From NCBI GenBank assembly GCA_004431415.1, contig QPMI01000457.1:124001-188000 (forward strand): DNA of 64,000 bases, written 5' to 3'. Position numbers and translations under genes: made by a program. The first letter of the stretch is position 1. Every line of letters begins with the position of its first letter. The DNA comes from Cyanophora paradoxa CCMP329. Its lineage: Eukaryota > Plantae > Glaucophyta. The notes under the pieces are model-generated. The model saw nothing but the letters and a program-made list of their open reading frames with translations. It searched no databases and had not been told where the DNA came from. This document shows positions 57,698 through 64,000 of the stretch, one piece after another.

Positions 57698-60600
57698 TCA
57701 GGGGAGGGCGAGGGCCTGCTGCAGCTGCGCGCGGGCCTGCGCCGCCTCCTCCGAGCCCGCCCCGTGCACCGCCTCGGCAGCCTCCAGCGCAGCCTGCCGC
57801 CCCGCCCCTCGCAAAACATTGAAGGTGCGCGGCGGAGGCGGGGGCGCACCCGGAACATCTCCTGGGCGGCAGGGGCGTCCCCCATCTCGAGGTACGCCGT
57901 CCCGCAGTTCTGCGCCGCTCGTTCACCCAAGCGGGGGCGGCGGTGGGCACGGCGGGCGGGCGGGCGGGCGGGCCTGCATGGTGGCGATGGTGGCGGGGTG
58001 GCGGGGCCCGTGGGCGGCGACGCGGGCGCGGAGGGCGGCCTGGAGCAGCGGGCGCGCCGCGGCGTGCTCCCTCAGCTCAACCAGCGCGATCGCGAGGTTC
58101 TGCGCCGCGTGCGCCGTCGACGGGTGCGACTCGCCCAGCGAAGCGCTCCGGATGCGGTGCGCCTCCTGCGGGCAAGCATGGGGCGCGTCGGGCCGCGGCG
58201 CGGGCCGGAGCGCGAGGAGGGGCGGGGGCCGGGGCGGCCTCGCCTCGAGCAGGGGCCGGGCGGCCACGAAGGCGCCCCGGTTGATGTAGATCGCCGAGAT
58301 GCTGCGGGGAGACTGTGAGCGCGCGCCGGGGCTGCCTCGAGAGCGCTTAAGCCTGAGCCCCGGACGGACTTGAAGAGGGAGCCGGCGACGTCGGGGTGGT
58401 CGGGCCCCAGCGCCGCCTGCCGGATCGCCAGCGACTCCTGCCGCCCCCTCAGAGGAAGAAGAAGCAACGAAGACAACGCGCGCCTCAGAAACTCCTGCAA
58501 TCAACTAAGCAGCTCCTATAATTAACTAAGAAATTCTTATACTGTTAATCAGCTAAGAAATTCTCTTAGTCGGCGGGCCTGGTAGAGGGGCAGGGCGGCG
58601 GCCTCGGCGCCGCGCTCGTCGAGGAAGGCCGCCAGCGCCTCCACCGCCCGCGCCGTCTCCGGCGCCCCAGGCGCCCCCGCCCGCCGCGCCTCCGCCGCCT
58701 CCTGCACGGGCGGGCCGTCGGACCGCCCCACGAAGGATGCGGGCGGGAGGGCGGACGCGGAGGAGGGCGAGCTGCCCCGCGGCGTCGCCGGTGCTCTTGT
58801 ACGCGAAGGCGAGCGCCTGCTCCACCTGCCCGGCCCCCCGTGGCTCAGCTCGGAGCTCAGCTTCCAGCTTTGAGCGAGCTGCAGGGTGCGAGCCTGCTGA
58901 GTCTCGGCGTGGTGGGGCCCCATCTTGGCCCGGAACGCCCGCAGCGCCGACTGCTCCGAAGTGAGAGGGCGCGAGACTGGTGGCTCATAATCAGAGCGGG
59001 GGGCGGGCCTGGAGGTGGGGGACGGCCTCGGGGGTGCGCCCGAGGCCGGCGAGGCAGGCAGCGAGGCTCTTTGCGGCCCGGGCGACGGGCGGCTCGTCGG
59101 GCCCGAGCGCGCGGGAGAGGGCCGGCACGGCCTCCTCGAAGAGCGCCCGCGCCGCCTCCAGCTCCCGCAGCTGCAGGTGCACGCTGCGCGGAAGCTCGTG
59201 AGAGGAGGCACTCGAGGCGACGCTCTAAGGGCTCTTCGAAGGGGCGCGCCTGGCGAGCTGGTAGAGGGTCTCGGCGGTCGTCGGGTGCGCCCGCCCCAGC
59301 GCCTCTCCGCGCACGCGCAGCGCCTCCTGCAGGCAAGTGCGGACGAGGCTAAGGCAAGAAGGCGAGGCGAGGCCGGGCACGCCGCGCGCACCTCGAAGAA
59401 CGGCTTCGCGGCCGCCGCGTCGCCCAGCCCCCTGCTGACGACCCCCATGCTGCGGACGGCGGCGGCGGCACGACGACCGTGAGCGAATTTCATGGGCCGA
59501 GGGACTGCAGGGACCGGAGGGCATCAAAAGGGGCCGTATGCGTACTTGTGGAGCGAGGCAGCCGTGTCGAGGTGGTCGGGCCCGAGCACCTTCCGCCGGA
59601 TCCTCAGCGCGTCCTGCGCGCGCCCCGCGTCTTCAGATCTAGGGTTGCGAGGTACAGCGGGGCGGAGCGGAGCGAGGGCGGGCCTCGTGAAGAGCAGAAG
59701 GCGAGCAGAGCAGCGAGCTCGAGCGCGCCTGGGCGGTGTCGGGGTGGTCGGCCCCCGCGACCCGCTCGAAGAACGTGAGGGCCCAGTTCTGGTGCTGCAC
59801 CGCCCCCTGCGCGCCCCGCAGCGACGGCGTCAGATCGAGAAGGCTCCGCCCAAGTCAAGCGCCTCGGGGCGCCTTGTTGAAGGCGCGGGCGTCCTCCTCG
59901 CGGCCCATCGCGAAGAGGAGGCGCGAGACGAGGGGCAGGTGCCCGGGGTCCGCCCCCGCCTGCAGCGCCGCCATGTACCTGGGGGTACGCCGTTAGGCGG
60001 AAAGAACGCTCCTCCAGCGGGGGCGCGGGGGCGCGGGGCGCGCCGGTCTGCGGCCTGGTCGGCGCGGCCGGATGCCTCCCTGCGGGCGCCCGCGCGTGCC
60101 GTCAGCCATTTCAAAGCTTTGCCTCGGAGCTCGCTCGGGATGGGAGGAGCGCGCCAGAGGCGGGCGAGCTCGTGGGCGTCGAGGTGGAAGAGGGTCGCTG
60201 GCTCCGCCAGCAGCCCCGCCAGCCGTTCCCCTGCCCCGCCACAACTCGGGCGTGCATGGAGGAGGAGGGGCGCGGGGCCGGTGTACCGGCGGCGGGCCCC
60301 GCGCGGGCGAGGGCCCAGGAGCCCTCTTCCGACCGCCGCCGCGACTCGGGCTGCGTCCGCCGTCAAGCCGTGTCTGATCAGAATTGATCTGATCAGCGAG
60401 GGACCTGGCGGAGGAAGTAGTCTCCGAGGCGCTCGTGGAAGGCCCGCCGCGCCTCGCCGCCCGCCGCCAGCCCGCACTCCGCCTCCGCCGCCTGCCCCGC
60501 CGCGGTTCGATCGCGAGGAGAGGGCGTGCGGGGGGCGAAGGGAGGGCGCGCGCGCCTCGGCCGCGCAGCGGTGGAAGAACGTGTAGAGGCCGTCTGCAGA

Positions 60601-63600
60601 AGGCGGGTTCAGCGTAAGACGCGGGGGGGAGAGGGGGGCGCACCGCGGCAGACAAGGAGGGAGACGATGCCGTACCAGAGCTGCGAGAACGCCACCTGCC
60701 GCGCGCGCTCCATCTCAGCGGCGCCGGAGCGCGGATCCACGATCCAAGATCTAGAGGTGCCTGGGAGGGCCCGCCGGCGCCGGCGTCGAGGAAGTCCGCG
60801 AGCTCCCCCTCCGCCATCCCGTGCCTGCCGCGCATCATGAAAAGCAGACGGGCACGCTTTCGGAGGGCTGGCTGGCGGGCGAACCGGGATGAGACGAGGG
60901 CGGCGAGGATGTCCCGCAGGAGGGCCGCCCCGTGCCGCGCCCCGAGCCGCCGCAGCAGCTGCCCGAAGAGCTGGCCCCAGGAGCTCAGGCCCCGCCCTCT
61001 CCCCGCAAAGAGAGCGGGAGAGCACGCACCGCCTGGGGCCCCGGGCAGGCGACGAGGGCGGCAATATCGGCGTCCAGGTTCGCGTGGATCTGAGCGGGGG
61101 GGGGGGCCTCAGCGTTTGCTCGGAGGGAGGGGGGAGCTCGAGGGGCCGCGCACGCTGGTGGAGGAGAGCTCCTCGAGAAGTACGGTGAGGAAGAGGGCTG
61201 CCGCCGGCGTCGGGTGCCGCGGGGCGGGGCGGGCGGGCCGGGACGGACGGGGCGGGCGGGATTCATAGGGGCGGACCGTTGCGGCAGGGGGCGGCCCCCA
61301 CGATGCGCTCCAGTCGCTCCTCGGACAGGGCGCGGCCCTGCGGGCCCAAGTTTTAGTAGAGAAGGAGGGCAGAGGGGGCGCGGCGCGGGCAGGGCGGGGC
61401 AGGAGCGCCTGGCTGGCGAGGACGCCTGCGACGAGGGCGCGGCGGCGGGGCCCGTCGAGGGGCGCCAGCACGCGCAGCGCGTGCGGCCGCGCCCGCGCCG
61501 CCTCCAGCGCCGCCCCGGGCGTGCACGCGAGCACGAGGCGCAGGCGGGGGCCCGCCGCGGCCGGCAGCCACGCCAGGCCCGTGGCCGCCGCGTCGCCCCT
61601 CAGCTGCTCGGGGCGTGAGGGGGAGGTGGGGTACTACGGTAGGGGAGGGCCGGGGGGGGGAGCTCGAAGGGCGCGCGCCTGGTCCAGGCCGTCGACGACC
61701 AGCACGACGCGGGAGGGGTACGCCGACGCGCCGGCGGCGAGGGCGGAGGTGAGGCGGTAGGCGACCTCGGCGTCGGATCCCGCCGGGTCCACTTTCGTGA
61801 GGCGCTCGTCGAGCCCGGGGAAGCGCGCCGCCAGCTCCTCCCCGACCCGCCTGCGCCGACGCCGGCGCCTCAGAGGGGCGCGCCGAGCGAAAGGAGAGAG
61901 GAATAGGGCGGACCGGGCGAGAGGGGGCAGCTGGGCGCTGTCGTTGCTGGCGCCGGCGAAGTGGACGAGGGTCAGGTCCTCCGGGTGGCCCGCCGCCCAC
62001 GCCGCCGCCCAGTTCGCCACCAGCGCTGCCAAAAGAGGCTCGCTCGGGCCAAGGAAGACACAGAGGGGTACAGAAAACGAGAAAGGGGGGCACCGCTCTT
62101 GCTGGAGCCGCCGTCGCCGGTGAGGACGAGCGCCTCGGGCCCGCCGCCCGCCGCGTACGCGTCCAGCGCCGCGAAGTCGCCTTCAAAGAATTCAGAGGGA
62201 CGGGGGGGTGAGGGGCGAGATCGAAAGGGGGGCGGGCGTGCCGGGGGGCGGGGCGAAGGCGCGGCGGCGGGAGGCGGCGAAGGCGGCGTGGGCGGCGCGC
62301 TCGCGCTCGAGCCAGGGGCGCCCCGCCTCCTCCTCCGGGAAGTCCCGCCCGATCACCTGCGCCCCCGCTTCTTACTTCCTTTCCTCCTTTCGTTCTTCGA
62401 TCTCTCTGTACCCTGGCGAGGTCGTCGCGGAGCGCGAGGGCGAGCTCGTCGGGCCCCTCGTACTCCGCCACCGGCACCCCTGCCCGCGAGTCGAAGTCTC
62501 AGATCCAGAGGGCGTCTGGACGGCGGGCGGGGGGAGGGCCGGACCCGAGGCGCGGATCTCGGCCTTGAGGGCGTCCAGGCGGGCGCCGGCGGCGGGACCC
62601 TCGCCCCCGCCCGCCGCCGCCCCCCGCAGCAGGTCCCGCCCCGCGTAGTAGAAGAGCGCCCGGCCCCGCGCCCCCTGCGCCGCCGTCGCGTCGGCCCCGT
62701 CCGAGCCGCTCGGCGTTCTGTGGCAAATACAAAGCAAGCACCTCGGGGTCGTTGAGGAGGCCCGCGCGGATCTCGATCTCCGTCACGCTGCGGTCCCGCC
62801 AGGCCTCCACCCAGGGGAACTCGCCCGCCGCCCGCCGCAGGTTCCTGCCGCCCCCGCGCTCGGCCGCACGCGGGGGGGGGGGGGGGGGGGGGGGGAGGGG
62901 AGGGGGGAAGGAGGAGGTGTATGGAGGGGGCGGAGGAGAGGGGAGGGGGGATGGAAGCGGGGGAGGGAGGGGGGGGTGAGGGGGTGGTGGGATGGAGGCG
63001 GGGGGGGGGGGGAGAGGGGAGGGAGGGATGGAGGGGGGGGGGGGGAAGCGCAGCGCACAGAGAGAAGAGGGCGTTCCCCTCGTCGCCCGGGGCCGCATCG
63101 GGCCGGTGGTGCCACCCGTAGCGCCCTGCGGGGCGCCGCGACCGCACGCGTCAGAGCGGAAGCGGAGCCCGGGGCCGGGCGGCGCAGGGGCGGGGGCGGG
63201 CCCTTGATGATGCCGACGAAGTACGCGCTGCGCGCGACCTCGCGGAGGCAGAGGAGGCAGACGTCGCCCTCCTTGCAGCTCTCGTCCGAGATGCCCCACC
63301 TGGCATGGCCCAGCGCGCGCCGCCCCCGCCCGTACACGTAAGCTACGCTCGGCGCCTTTTGGAGGGAGGGCGGAGGCCTAAGCGCGGACCGGAGGTCGAC
63401 GGCGTGGAAGAAGACGCCGCGGGCGTCGCAGAGGGCGCGCAACTTGGGCGAGGCGAGCGCGCGGATGGCGTCCCGCTCCGCCTGCATGTCCTGGAAGGTG
63501 CTCGAGAGGAAGACCCGCGCCACGTGCGCGCGCGTCTCCCGCCCCGGGCGCCCTCGCGAGGCCGCGGCGACGGCGCCGCTCTTGCTTCTAATCGATCCCT

Positions 63601-64000
63601 GCGCGCGTGCGCACGCGCCCGTGAGCGCGGCGGCGGCGGCGATCGACTTAGCCGCTCGAGCTCCGCGCCGGATCCATGTTAACACTCGGCTTGATCATGA
63701 CGTATGCGCCGTGCGGGGCGGGCCCAGGCGATCGAAGCAAGCAAAGAGGTAGATAGCCTTGAGACGCACCTCTAGCTGGCCCAGTGCCGACGGCGTCGCG
63801 CTGGGGGACCTGGTGGAGGCTTGAGTGGCGACGGCCGAGCTCCCGCCCGTGCGCTGCGTGGAAGTGGGTGGCTCGATCGTTATCTGGGGCTTTAGAGAGT
63901 TCTGTTGTGCTGGTTTCGGCGGCTCGCAGGCGTCGAACTGCACGACAACCTCTTTGACAGATCTAGAGCTGATCGCAACGTGCCCGTCACGGCGCAGGCC
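57698..64000 (-). CDS. Second host DUF4062-NACHT-TPR protein (5' end may lie outside the window)
   Basis: VARVFLSSTFQDMQAERD, DLR|WGISDE..CLREVARS..GRYGW, SVTEIEIRAG; Walker A GDGGSSKS; VVLVVDGLDQ; kinesin-light-chain-like TPRs (LGPDHPDVA, LGESHPSTA). Confidence 0.8.

Overview
GC-rich, intron-rich eukaryotic (protist-like) genomic DNA containing a complete 24,160-bp endogenous Polinton-like virus at 14287-38446. The element is bounded by 182-bp TIRs (TGTTGT...ACAACA, 2 mismatches) and a 6-bp target-site duplication, CGCGCC. It encodes: (i) a single ORF joining a terminal-protein region, a vOTU-like protease, a protein-primed PolB and an rve integrase (a 1-nt homopolymer difference would split it at an ATGA overlap); (ii) a spliced, catalytically degenerate CRESS-type Rep (HUH+SF3) next to an iteron-like repeat region; (iii) an A32-like packaging ATPase; (iv) an NCLDV-like major capsid gene with a 1-nt frameshift; (v) two head-to-head penton genes; (vi) a patatin; (vii) a phage-like HxH fibre and four fibre paralogues that share an N-terminal module but have different tips. 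The virus lies in a ~26-kb intron of a host WD40/transmembrane gene, and another intron of that gene carries a Helentron-like insert with a Zn-finger gene. Host flanks hold two DUF4062-NACHT-TPR genes, BTB, PWWP and tocopherol-cyclase-like genes and tRNA-Pro(CGG); GC-AG introns recur. All assignments come from motif recognition by eye; no searches were run.
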